This document shows, in pieces, positions 1 through 11,241 of a stretch of 51,735 nt of DNA (position 1 is the stretch's first letter; every line of letters begins with the position of its first letter). The translations under genes were made by a program, and so were the position numbers. The notes below the pieces were generated by a model. It was not told where the DNA came from. It ran no database searches and worked only from the letters and a program-made list of their open reading frames with translations. This DNA is from Octopus bimaculoides. Taxonomy: Eukaryota. The stretch is from NCBI RefSeq assembly GCF_001194135.2, contig NC_068985.1, positions 114,263,593 to 114,315,327 of the forward strand, in the 5' to 3' direction.

Positions 1-93
1 GGGGAGTATCCTGCCAGGAGATCTGCATCAACTAATTCTGTCTGACCCAAGCAAGCATGGAAAAGTGGATGCTATGATGAGGATGATGATGAT
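1..93 (+). mobile_element. SINE 3' end, module B (...tctgtctgaccca.gcaagcatggaaaagtgga + (GAT)n tail)
   Basis: Same 3' module recurs at 103, 905(-), 24213(-), 35615, ~42000 and 49395. Confidence 0.7.
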
Positions 94-102
94 ATATATA
101 TG

Positions 103-215
103 TTTGGAAACAGGTGAGGGTTGGCAACAGGGAGGGCATCCAGCTATAGCAAATCTGCCACAATAAATTCTGTCTGACCTATGCAAGCATGGAAAAATTG
201 CTATCAAATCAAAGA
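103..215 (+). mobile_element. Second module-B SINE 3' fragment, in tandem with the first
   Basis: ggcaacagggagggcatccagc...tctgtctgacctatgcaagcatggaaaa matches the other B copies. Confidence 0.7.
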
Positions 216-904
216 TGAGGATAAAACAGATTTTCATCATCCTCATGATCATTTTCATGAGGATGCGTGCATGTGTGTGTTATTGCATTTTCATGCAGTA
301 GCACACACACGCACACACACAACACCACCACCCTCCATTTTAACCATGTTGGTAGTGGCCATGTATAGGTGCCTAGCCAAAACGTGGCAAACTTCCAAAT
401 GTGCACGGAACCATAACAAAGAGAAGAGGTCACTGCTAATGTCTTGTGTATCAGAGCATGCAGAAATTGGATCAAAAGTCTGTGCATTTCACCGACCCTC
501 ACTTGGCATTAACCATTTTCAGTAAAGATGGTAGATAGGGGAGAGAGAGAGAGAAAGACTGTGTGTGTATGTGTGTGCATTTGTTTCATGAAGTATATCT
601 AGAACAAGTCCTAATAAATGCTGACTGCCAATGAAAGAGAAAGAGAGGCAGACAGACTATATCAAAATAGAAAAAAATGAAAAGCATTACCTAAAAGCAA
701 CTAATGTAATGTGAAGGTCAATGATGAGACTTGTGCCTGTTTGGGCAAGGAACAAATAACACTCAATCAGTCATCTCTTTGCAAAAGATATATGAAGACA
801 TGAGAGTGAATTTGCCAAAAGAAATTCTAGTAAGGTAATGTCTTGATGCCATAGTTTCTATTAAATATTTCTGTGCTAATTATCCACATCATTATCATCA
901 TCAT

Positions 905-1045
905 TATCATCATCATTTGATGTTCATTTTGCATGGGTCAGATGGAATTTGTCGAGACAGATTTTGTACGGCATGACCAGCCATATTTCCACTGAAAACC
1001 AGAAATGAACAGCCTGTTTGTTTTCAGTCATCACCTGATGTGAAG
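905..1045 (-). mobile_element. Module-B SINE 3' fragment
   Basis: (ATC)n tail followed by ttttgcatgggtcagatggaattt, the reverse complement of the B end. Confidence 0.65.
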
Positions 1046-1087
1046 ACAAGGTTATATACAAACATACATGCACACACACAAACGGGC

Positions 1088-1119
<32 letters not shown>

Positions 1120-1124
1120 GTGAG

Positions 1125-1395
1125 AACATGGTTGTGTGGTAAGAGGTCAGTTTCCCAGCCACATGGTTTTGGGTTCAGTCCCACTGTGTGGTACCATGGG
1201 CAAATATCTTGTGAGTGGATTTGGTAGATGGAAACTGAAAGAAGCTTATTGTATAAATGTGTGTGTATGCACATGTGATTATGTGAGTGCGTATGTGAAT
1301 CTCCTTGCCTTGGCATCTTGTGATAGTTGTAAACGAGTGTCACTGTCATACAAGCAGTGTCATTCATTTCCAATATTCTGTGAGAACATGAAAAT
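1125..1395 (+). mobile_element. tRNA-headed SINE, family A head with the alternative (A2) body; cut by gap
   Basis: Degenerate A box (tggttgtgtgg) and B box (ggttcagtccc), then gtgagtggatttggtagatggaaactgaaagaagc, (TG)n, and the A2 body shared with 38693 and 41605. Confidence 0.8.
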
Positions 1396-1896
1396 NNNNN
1401 NNNNNNNNNNNNNNNNNNNNNNNNNNNNNNNNNNNNNNNNNNNNNNNNNNNNNNNNNNNNNNNNNNNNNNNNNNNNNNNNNNNNNNNNNNNNNNNNNNNN
1501 NNNNNNNNNNNNNNNNNNNNNNNNNNNNNNNNNNNNNNNNNNNNNNNNNNNNNNNNNNNNNNNNNNNNNNNNNNNNNNNNNNNNNNNNNNNNNNNNNNNN
1601 NNNNNNNNNNNNNNNNNNNNNNNNNNNNNNNNNNNNNNNNNNNNNNNNNNNNNNNNNNNNNNNNNNNNNNNNNNNNNNNNNNNNNNNNNNNNNNNNNNNN
1701 NNNNNNNNNNNNNNNNNNNNNNNNNNNNNNNNNNNNNNNNNNNNNNNNNNNNNNNNNNNNNNNNNNNNNNNNNNNNNNNNNNNNNNNNNNNNNNNNNNNN
1801 NNNNNNNNNNNNNNNNNNNNNNNNNNNNNNNNNNNNNNNNNNNNNNNNNNNNNNNNNNNNNNNNNNNNNNNNNNNNNNNNNNNNNNNNNNNNNNNN
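1396..1896. other. Assembly gap (N)
   Basis: N run. Confidence 1.
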
Positions 1897-3100
1897 GAAA
1901 AAAAAAGAAGAAAAAACTTCCATCATACACAATACATACACACAAATAAATACTTGCAAAAACAAACGCTCACAATTCATTAGTCTGGCCTTATCTATAT
2001 GTGTATATATATATATATAAAACTGAGGGGGAGTGTGTGCATAAAACTGCAGAACTACTGAAGTTAGCAACTTATTTTCTCCAAACTGGGAACATGCATT
2101 ACTTATGTTCCAGAGATGGAACTCTTAAATTTTTTCACATAAGTAATGGGGCCCCTGAGGCCAGAAAACCCCCTTTCCTCGGGTATGTACAACTGCTCAC
2201 ATGGCCCACAGCTACTGAAATGATATAAGTAGGTTCTATTAAATGGATGAACCGATGTAGACTTCAAACTGCATTGTCTGAGTAGTAGTGATAATAGCCT
2301 GTTCCTGTAGCACAATAGGTAGCAGTTTGTTGGAATAAAAACCATTTGGAATGCACTATGTTTATTATGAAAAATATGCTAAAATATGTTCAATCCTGAG
2401 CAACTATTTTCTTTTAGCTTCAGTATCAAAGTCTTCTTTCTAAGCATAGACAAATATTCTTTAGCTATTGGTTACAAACCGAAATATTGTATGTACATTA
2501 ACCTACTAATTTATGGTGTCTATGAACCAACCACATTAGTTAGAGACCACGTTCTTAATGTGACCTTGCGTGCCTGGACACTGCACACACAACTGTATTT
2601 GTTTGGGAGTTGACTTGTACTCACAATGGTCACATGCTGTTTATGCAAAGGAGTGCACAGATGAGCCACAACTATTGATTCCAAACCGAAATATTGCATT
2701 ACAGTGTTGTTTTCAAGCTCTTCCTTGTCAATCCCACCTCCACTTACCACATCAATTCTTTCATGTAGATTTCTCTCATGTGGTGCTGTTGAGCACACCC
2801 ACTGGCTTAATTTATCACTTAGATGTAGTTCCTATGTTGGCTGATTGTTCAGCGTGATAGCAGCTGTGCCAACTGCCACAAAGAAGAGTATATTCATAGA
2901 GAGCTTTTTGGTGCATTCAAAAAATTATATACACACCACCTACTTTTCCATGACAAAGTTAGGGCCTGGAATCTTCCAAACAGACACATGACATGCCCTT
3001 CATTTACTCCACAAATATCATATCGTCAATGCTGCACTTCCCTGCATCACAGGTTTCAGCTTCAATATAATGATTATTTCACCTGTATCATAAAAATGAG

Positions 3101-3132
3101 TGGCAGTTTCCAACAGGTTGGTAACAAAAGGG
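3101..3132. mobile_element. Solo right end of a P2-type TTAA MITE
   Basis: ...ggtaacaaaaggg followed by TTAA (3133-3136), like the ends at 7841 and 47469. Confidence 0.45.
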
Positions 3133-3509
3133 TTAACTGAAGCTTCATAGTTTCTCATTGTTTTTCCTTAATCTGTTTTTATCTGCTTCATCTCTCTTTT
3201 CAAACATTGTACTTCCTTCATTTCAATCTTCATCTTTTAACTTTCCCTCTTATACTACCTCGTTTATATATAGTCACTTCCTCTTCCTTAATGAGAATTG
3301 TTTTTGGCACCTTTTATTTTTTTTTCTAAGGTGGGGGTACACTTTTCCCTCCTGTTTTCTTTGCTAAACTTGAGATCTTTAGATATTTTTCTTACAATAA
3401 AAGCAAAACAAAACATGGAATATATAACAAGAATCTTTCTGCTTTGGCAAAGAAGGAAGAGATTTTTCTTCTTAAACTCAAATTTTTTTCCTATCACTTC
3501 TACCTCATC

Positions 3510-3546
<37 letters not shown>

Positions 3547-4399
3547 ATGCACCACCCTGACAGTTCAGAATGTTGGTAGGTAGATAGGAAGGGTATAACT
3601 GTGTTAAGAATGAAGAGATTCAACAGATTTCAAGACAACCAGCCAACCAAACACCACCACCACTCATCTACCATCATGCTTTCTTAAAAGAAAAACAAAT
3701 CCAAAATCCTCTTTGAACACCTATTAACTATCAAAACCATCAACAATTCTTCAAAAACTATTCCTGCAGGTAACATCTTTCTCTCTTTTCTTTTTTTTTT
3801 TGCAACATATGCCTTGAAATTCTACAACCAAGAAAACTTCCTTTATTTATACATTTGGCTTATTTCATTGTTTGCAGTAATTTTTTATTAAAATTCTTTT
3901 TTTCCAGAATTATTTAACCCCCTCCATCCCTCACCAGACCCACCGTAGTATGCGTGTGCACATGTGCATTTATTTTACCTTCAGAACTATACACCCAAAT
4001 GCTCCCCCCACCCCACCCCCACAGCACATTCTTCAATGCAGGTCTGTGTATGAGTTCTTTTCTGTGTTGTACCACTTTTTTCTTCTCCACTCCCATCATG
4101 CTCTTTCTTACTCAACCACCATTCCATTCTTTCCTCAAAGATTTATCTGCATGGAAGAGCAAGCAATATAGAAACAGCTTTCATAAAATATGAATTCTGG
4201 AGAAGAGAAAAACGTGTCCTCGCCCCACCTTCCCCTCCTATAATTCTACCTCTTTCTGTCTTCTACAGCCTCTCTCTTGCTCTCAACCTCTCTCTCGCTC
4301 TCAGTCTCTCTCTCGCTCTCAGTCTCTCTCTTTTTTTCTTTCTGGCAGATACTATTGTTGCTGTGTTTAATGTTCCCTACATTCTCCTTCATATTATTA

Positions 4400-4477
4400 C
4401 AACTGCAACAATTATTATTATCATTACTATTATTATTATTATTATCATTATTATTATTATTATCATTATTATTATTA
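4400..4477. repeat. Degenerate (ATT/ATC)n microsatellite
   Basis: Direct reading; it generates the poly-Ile, poly-Leu and poly-Asn ORFs. Confidence 0.95.
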
Positions 4478-4968
4478 TACACCCACAGGGGAGATCTTTT
4501 AGATATTTGGCAGCTGCAAAAGGACACAAAAAGCAAATAATAGCAATAAGAAGTCAATACACACACACACACACTCACAAGCACACACAATGTGCTTTCA
4601 TGCGAAATGAAAAAAGACAAAAGTCAAGATCTTACCCTCCCCCGATGAATGTACGCTAACTTTAAGTACTTATTGTAGCTTAACCCCCCCACCAAAATCA
4701 GCCATCTCCAGTACATCTCTGTTGAAAGACTTTCCAGCCAGGACCATCCTGATTTCTACTACTTAATTATACTGTTTGGCTGTGTGGCTTAGAAGTTTAT
4801 TTCCAGATCAAGTGGTTTTGGGTTTAGTGCCATTGTATCCCCCCTAGAGCACATGCGTGCATTATATACAAGGTGTCTATAAAGTCCATGTGCAATTTAA
4901 AATACTTATGGCTTTGTAACTATACATGATTGAACTATACTGCACACAAAATTTATGAACACACTATG

Positions 4969-5023
<55 letters not shown>

Positions 5024-5149
5024 CGGAGTAAGCACATGAAATGTGCAACAAGGTGGAAAAAAGAGTACTCAAAAATCCTGGAAAAGGCCACCAGGTGTGT
5101 GAGTGTGTATATGATGTGTGTGTGTGTGTATATATATATATAAATATAT

Positions 5150-5565
5150 ATGCTCACACAATGACCTTATTTTAAGTTTCTTATTCCTTTATTGCCTACA
5201 AGGGGCTAAACATAGAGGGGGACAAACAAGGACAGACAGAGATTAAGTCGATTACATCGACCCGACCCCAGTATGCAACTGGTACTTAATTTATCGACCC
5301 TGAAAGGATGAAAGGCAAAGTCGACCTTGGCAGAATTTGAACTCAGAACGTAATAGCAGATGAAATACTGCTAAGCATTTTGCCCGGTGTGCTAACGATT
5401 CTGCCGGCTTGCCACCTTAAATTTTTAAGTTTCTGTCTACCAAATCCATTTACAAGGTTTTGGTTGGATGGGGCCTATAGTAGAAGACACTTGCTGAAGG
5501 TGCCACACACAGAGACTGAACCTGGGAATGTGGTTGGGAAGCAACTTTCTTATCACACAACCACA
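5150..5565 (-). mobile_element. Family A SINE 5' half, interrupted by a family C SINE
   Basis: gtttctgtctaccaaatcc...tatagtagaagacacttg...gactgaacc is the reverse complement of the A head. Confidence 0.7.
5182..5418 (-). mobile_element. Family C SINE (C1 tail), full length, 12-bp TSD
   Basis: High similarity to the 18459 copy; TTTTAAGTTTCT at 5170-5181 and 5423-5434. Confidence 0.9.
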
Positions 5566-5619
5566 AAATTTGACAGGTATTTCCATATATATATATATAT
5601 ATATATATATAATTCCATA

Positions 5620-6033
5620 CAGGAGTGACTGAGTGGTAAGTAGCTAGGCACAGGAGTAGCTGTGTGGTAAATAGCTTGCTTACCAATCACATGGTTCTGG
5701 GTTCAGTCCAACTGTATGGCACCTTGGGGAAGTGTTTTCTACTATAGCTTTGGGCTGACCAAAGCCTTGTGAGTTGATTTGGTAGATGGAAACTAAAAGA
5801 AGCCTGTCGTATATGTGCATGTGTGTGTGTGTGTGTGCGTATGTTTGTGTTTGTCCACCGACCATCGCTTGACAGCCAATGCTGGTGTGTTTATGTCCCC
5901 ATAACTTAGTGGTTTGACAAAGGAGACTGATAGAATAAGTACTAGGCTTACAAAGAATAAGTCCTGGGGTCGATTTGTTCGACTAAAGGCAGTGCTTCAG
6001 CATGGCCATAGTCAAATGACTGAAACAAATAAA
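5620..6033 (+). mobile_element. Family A SINE (A1), full length with duplicated 5' end
   Basis: A/B boxes, internal (TG)n, and 3' catggccatagtcaaatgactgaaacaa. Confidence 0.9.
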
Positions 6034-6081
6034 ATGTGTGTGTGTGTGTGTGTGTGTGCGTGCATGCACACACGCACACAC

Positions 6082-6175
6082 AACAGGCTTCTTTCAGTTT
6101 CCACCTACCAAATTCACTCACAAGGCCTTTGTCAGCCAGGGACTATATCAGAAGATAACTGCTTTAGGTGTCTAC
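6082..6175 (-). mobile_element. Family A fragment
   Basis: gcttctttcagtttccacctaccaaattcactcacaagg. Confidence 0.65.
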
Positions 6176-6214
6176 CACACAGACATGCCAGCACCTGTAT
6201 ATGTACATGGAAAA

Positions 6215-6400
6215 TTCTGTGTCCCAGTAATGGTTTCAAATTTCGGTATAGGGCTGAGGAAGAAGTCAATTACATAGACCCGCAGTACTTGACTGGTATC
6301 TATTTCACTGACCCCAAAAGTATGAAATACCCAGAATATAAAGAATGAAAAGCCATTAAGTATTTTGTCCAGTGTGCTGTTTCTGTGAGCTCACTGCCTT
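6215..6400 (-). mobile_element. Family C SINE (C2), decayed
   Basis: cagtacttgactggtatctatttcactgacccc..aagtatgaaa motif. Confidence 0.65.
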
Positions 6401-6861
6401 TCTGCATTCCTACACTAATAAAGGTAATAATAATGTTGGTATTACCTTGTGTGCGCACCATATATGCAGCTGTATACTAACAAATGTAAACTAACTACTC
6501 CCCTGCATATGGGCATGTGCACATGTGTGTATGAGTCTTTCTATAAAATATCTATGGGAGACATGTGTTAAATGCGCACTACACTTATTTATCTAAACAC
6601 CCAAAAACTAACACCACCATCCACTTTTAAAGCTGTGACTTTTGTCATAGAATTTAAAAGTGGGTTATTTTTCTTTATTGAAAACACCCATTAGACCTCA
6701 AACTCTTTCACCCCACGAAAGCTAACCAACAGCTGCCTGCATCATTAGTGAGGTTACTTATAACACGCCAACCATCGCATCATCACAGCTAAAGTAGACT
6801 CACCCTATTACCATCACCAACGCCAACATTGTTAACGATCACTGCTATAAACCAACAAAAG

Positions 6862-7012
6862 AGCCTCAACAGTCGCTTATCCTGCTAAAAATAGCAACAG
6901 CAGCAAAATCCTCCCTTCAAAAGACACTACACTCTTAGAAAAGAGACATGATTGATATGGTCATCCTGGGTTCTCTCAGTCCATGAGAAAAAACAGGATG
7001 GTCACAATGTTC
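6862..7012 (+). repeat. Unclassified interspersed repeat G
   Basis: tgctaaaaatagca.cagc.aaatc.tccct.caaa motif; related pieces at 7965, 8670, 10815, 12935(-), 16005(-), 19122 and 22975. Confidence 0.5.
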
Positions 7013-7040
7013 TTAAATAAAAAAAAAATTAAAAAATGAA

Positions 7041-7257
7041 CCTTTTAGCAGTCAGATTACTTTCTCAAATGTAATGCTTATTTATTCACCATGATTATGA
7101 ATAAATAATGTATTATTTTAGAGCTACAAGATTTCGATGATGTGATTGTTTAAAGAATGATATTATTGGGTAGGTGTGAGAGGCTGTATCTGCCTGGTTT
7201 CAACATAAAAAAGGTAAAATATTTGGGTCAGTTAGGGCTCGGTTAGATGCCAATAGG
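7041..7257 (-). mobile_element. piggyBac-like MITE, family P1 (reverse orientation to 17357)
   Basis: tgaa|ccttttagc ... gccaatagg|ttaa; the interior aligns with the reverse complement of 17357-17577. Confidence 0.75.
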
Positions 7258-7323
7258 TTAAATATAACCAAATCGAAAATTAAACAATCGTAAAATCTAT
7301 GACAAAGTAACAGTCTTCTTTTA

Positions 7324-7841
7324 CTCTTTTGATATCAAACTACCTGAGACCGCTTCTATGATATAAATTGCCTGTTTTAAAATGATCTAAATTAAATCTC
7401 TTCCATTGAAATTTTATGTTAGTTTGTTAGTTTATATTCCAAATACCAGCTTAATGACAAATTTGTTTTACTAAATTCTTCATTATTTTCAAAATTAATT
7501 GAAACAAAGACAGTGTAAGAAAGTGTTAAATTAAAAAAAAAAAAAAACATTCTATCGAAAGTTCATGTTAATTTATGTTCCAAATACCAGCTTAATAACG
7601 ACAAAGTTCTTTTACTAAATTCTTCTTCATTTTCATAATCAATTGAAACAAAGGCAATGCATTTCATTGGAAATATGTAAGAAAAGTGTTAAATTAAAAC
7701 CTCCCATCAAAATGTCATGTTAATTTATGTGCCGATCACAGGCTTAATAATGACAATGTTTTACACTAAATTCTTCATTATTTTCAAAATTAATTGAAAC
7801 AAAGGTAGTTGTACTTCATTGGAAATATGTTAGCAAAAGGG
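7324..7841. mobile_element. piggyBac-like MITE, family P2, with its 3' part triplicated
   Basis: Left end resembles 46709 and 47248; right end aaaaggg|TTAA; the internal unit repeats three times (gaaacaaag at 7501, 7645, 7796). Confidence 0.75.
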
Positions 7842-7964
7842 TTAAAGCAAGTGAAAATTAGAAAATTTCCCTTTTAGATTCCTTGCTTCTTTCCGAGATA
7901 AAAACAACAACAACACGACTGTTTCAATTGACATCACTATTAGAACTACTGTTAGGTGTTCCCA

Positions 7965-8150
7965 TATTGCCATTCAATCTGCTGAAAATAGCAGGCATAT
8001 TTTCTTTAAATCAAACATGCACATACATATGAGAAAAAGACTGAGGGAGAGGGGGAGAGAGAGAGAGAGGGCATATTAGATTATTTAGTTATTCATATTG
8101 GACTGTCTTTCATCATAGATCTGCTTGATCAAGACTGACCAAGAAATAGC
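7965..8150 (+). repeat. Repeat G copy
   Basis: tgctgaaaatagcag...tttcatcatagatctgcttgatcaagactgacc. Confidence 0.5.
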
Positions 8151-8169
8151 AGCGAAATTAATCATACAA

Positions 8170-8567
8170 GCGCAGGAGTGGCTGTGTGGTAAGTAGCTTG
8201 CTCACCAACCACATGGTTCTGGGTTCATTCCCACTGCGTGGTACCTTGGGCAAGTGTCTTCTACTATAGCCTCGGGCCGACCAAATCCTTGTGAGTGGAT
8301 TTGGTAGATGGAAACGGAAAGAAGCCAGTCGTATATATATGTATGTATATATATGTGTGTGTGTTTGTGTGTCTGTCCCCCTAACATCACTTGACAACCG
8401 ATGCTGGTGTGTTTACATCCCCGTAACTTAGCAGTTCAGCAAGAGACCGATAGAATAAGTACTAGGCTTACAAAGAATATGTTGTGGGGTCGATTTGCTC
8501 GACTAAAGGCGGTGCTCCAGCATGGCCGCAGTCAAATGACTGAAACAAGTAAAAAAGTAAAAGAGTA
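8170..8567 (+). mobile_element. Family A SINE (A1), near-consensus full length
   Basis: gcgcaggagtggctgtgtgg head, B box, internal (TA)/(TG)n, and tail gtaaaaaagtaaaagagta. Confidence 0.95.
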
Positions 8568-8889
8568 CTATAAAAAGGGAGGAAATTAGGTAATTTAGTT
8601 ATTGATAATGGATAGTCTTTGATCATAGCTGACTTGGAGCTAATTGAACAACAGTGTAAGCAACACAAGTAACTCTATGTAGTCCCTAAACTTGCTAGAA
8701 ACAGCAACTTAATCTCATTCAAACAATATCCTATGGCCTTAAAAAGAAGAAAAGCACATTAATTTTTTTTGTTTTTTTTTCTTGAGCCCTAGAACTCATA
8801 AGGTTGATTACCTAATTTGCATGGGATATCAGTTACAGGGACCACAACATTTCCTCTGAACAGGTGCACCAGTGAGTTGAATGGTTAAA

Positions 8890-9070
8890 AACAAAATCAA
8901 GCAATTTTGAGGGAAGGCGGGCAAGTTGAATACGTTGATCTCAGTATTTGACTGATAATTTGTGTTACCGACCCCAAACAGATGAAAAGCAAAGCTGCCT
9001 TTATGGGATTTGAACTGAGAATGTTAAGAACCAGAAGAAGAAATGCCTGACACACCAACAATTCTTGCCA
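8890..9070 (-). mobile_element. Family C SINE (C2), decayed
   Basis: gaccccaaacagatgaaaagcaaagctg...gatttgaactgagaatg. Confidence 0.65.
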
Positions 9071-9779
9071 GCCCACTGTCTTTATGTACAATATGCATTG
9101 GCAGAAATAGGAGACTCCAGTCAGATTCATTATAATCAATATAAACTGAAAATATTCTACTATGTTGAAAATCACCAATGAGTTGGTCACATATGGAACA
9201 CTTTTGATAATAGGTCTCCCTGAGATGAATAGCAACATTTTTGGCTGCATCACCCTCCACATTGTAACTGCATTTCCTCTCCATTTCTCCAAACCTCCAA
9301 TCATCAACAACAATAACAACAACAACAAGACCAGATTTCTGAAATTAAATAAAGCTAACCAACCAAAGAAATATTCTTTAAGAATTCTCCAAGAGAGACT
9401 TGGCAAGGAAACTGTCAGTGGTTTCCAAATTTTCCTTCATAGTTTTTGATTTTCGTCTCTTATGTAGCTTCATTTTCGATTTTGGATTTTTTTTTTAAAT
9501 ATATATTTTTTTAAAATTTTACAACTTCCTTTTTTTTTTCTTTTTTCTCTTCACTTTCGGAAGCCAACTCTTTCCTTTTCTATCATTCTTTTCCTTTTTT
9601 TTAATATTTTTTTTTGTCAGCTATTTTAGTTCTGTATCCTACAACTCCCCTCATCATTTAAACTCCCGACATCTACTTATTTCTCCATCAAGTCTTTTGC
9701 AACATTCTTTCCCCGCCCCCTCCCATCACCTTTTTCTTTCCAGTACCTTCATGGATGTACTATCTTACTTTCACATCCA

Positions 9780-9819
9780 TCCATCCATGCATACATACAT
9801 ACATAGACATAAACATACA

Positions 9820-9853
<34 letters not shown>

Positions 9854-9872
9854 TATACTCATTTACTATTTG

Positions 9873-9912
<40 letters not shown>

Positions 9913-10070
9913 TAAACACACATATATATATATGCATATATATATATATACACACATATATAAAGACACACACATATACATAAACGTACATATATAAAGA
10001 CACACACACACATAAACACAGATACACACACACACACATGTATCATATTCATATATACATATTCATACAC
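9780..10070. repeat. Compound (TA)n/(CA)n/(CATA)n microsatellite field
   Basis: Direct reading. Confidence 0.9.
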
Positions 10071-10214
10071 AAATTGTTTCTACTCAATTTTACCACCTAC
10101 AGTATCCTGTTTATTCTAAAAATTACGACTCACAACCACAAGGTGCTAAGTCTGAAAGGACACGGAGAATATAGATATAAAAATTACTTCACATAAGTGC
10201 AGGCAAAGTGCCAT

Positions 10215-10246
<32 letters not shown>

Positions 10247-10361
10247 TAGAGAGAAAGAGAGAGTAGCAAAATGAGAGACAGAGAGAGGCAAAGAGAAAAA
10301 GAATAAGTCATAGAGACAGCAGGACATATTGCACATCACATATACATACGTACGTATACAT

Positions 10362-10640
10362 CTTTTACCTTTTGCTTCAATCATTGGACTTTGGCCACGC
10401 TGGGGCACCACCTTGAAGAGTTTAGCCAAAGTAACCCCAGTACTTATTTTTATGAAGTTTGGTACTTATTCTATCAATCTTTTTTGCTGAACCACTAGTT
10501 TACAGGAATGTAAACAACTCAAGACTAGCTGTCAAGCAGTGGTAGGGGGACAAACGCATATCAATCTGAGAGGCTTCTGCACAGTTTCCATCTCCCAAAT
10601 TCATTCACAAAATATTGGTTACTTGAGGGCTACAGTAGCT
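10362..10640 (-). mobile_element. Family A SINE, decayed, 5'-truncated
   Basis: tcaatcattggactttggccacgctggggcaccacc...tacttattctatc. Confidence 0.75.
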
Positions 10641-10655
10641 TTATCATTCTATCTA

Positions 10656-10672
10656 TAGATAAGTAGACAGAC

Positions 10673-10743
<71 letters not shown>

Positions 10744-10765
10744 CAGACAGGCAGATAGATAGATA
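10656..10765. repeat. (GATA)n microsatellite
   Basis: Direct reading. Confidence 0.98.
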
Positions 10766-11213
10766 AAGCTTCTTGTTCTAAATACTTGTTAGAAGAAAAA
10801 AAAAGATAAAGACAAGAAAAAATGGGGTTGGGTGGTCATGACTGGAATCTCTCTGATCATAGTTTTGCTCAATCTAAGCTGACCTAGGAATTAAATAGCA
10901 GTAAGAGATTTTTCATATGATAAATAAGTCATGTTCATCTTGTTGCCTACTCATTGCTCAGGAACTTCAAGCCTCTGAATGTGAAATATTAATGATGATG
11001 AGAATATGTCAAATAAATAAACAAATTAATTAAATGAAACAATTTTAAAATCATGAAATACACAACTTAATGAATGAACAAATTTATTAGATTTACAAGC
11101 GCTCATGGATAGAGAAGGATTATTATTAGCAGAGGATTAGTAAAAGGAACCCTCTAATGATTATGATTGTAGAAAAAAAAAAAGAGAGAGAGAGAAATTA
11201 ATATCTTCGAATT

Positions 11214-11241
11214 AAGTGTGACTCAATTTTGAGTCACACTT
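11214..11241. promoter_or_regulatory. 28-bp palindrome containing two AP-1/TRE consensus heptamers (function unproven)
   Basis: AAGTGTGACTCAA-tt-TTGAGTCACACTT; TGACTCA at 11219-11225 and TGAGTCA at 11230-11236. Confidence 0.3.

Noticed and set aside
2520-2857. Specific assignment of these ORFs to piggyBac, Penelope or CR1 proteins
   Set aside because: The partial motif matches were mutually inconsistent in order and spacing; left unassigned pending a search.
4246-4659. ORFs with poly-Ile, poly-Leu, poly-Asn, or (HT)n/(YI)n/(CV)n runs here and throughout the window
   Set aside because: They are translations of tri- and dinucleotide microsatellites.
8897-9406. 169-aa minus-strand ORF
   Set aside because: It runs through a C SINE and an (AAC)n tract and has no recognisable domain.
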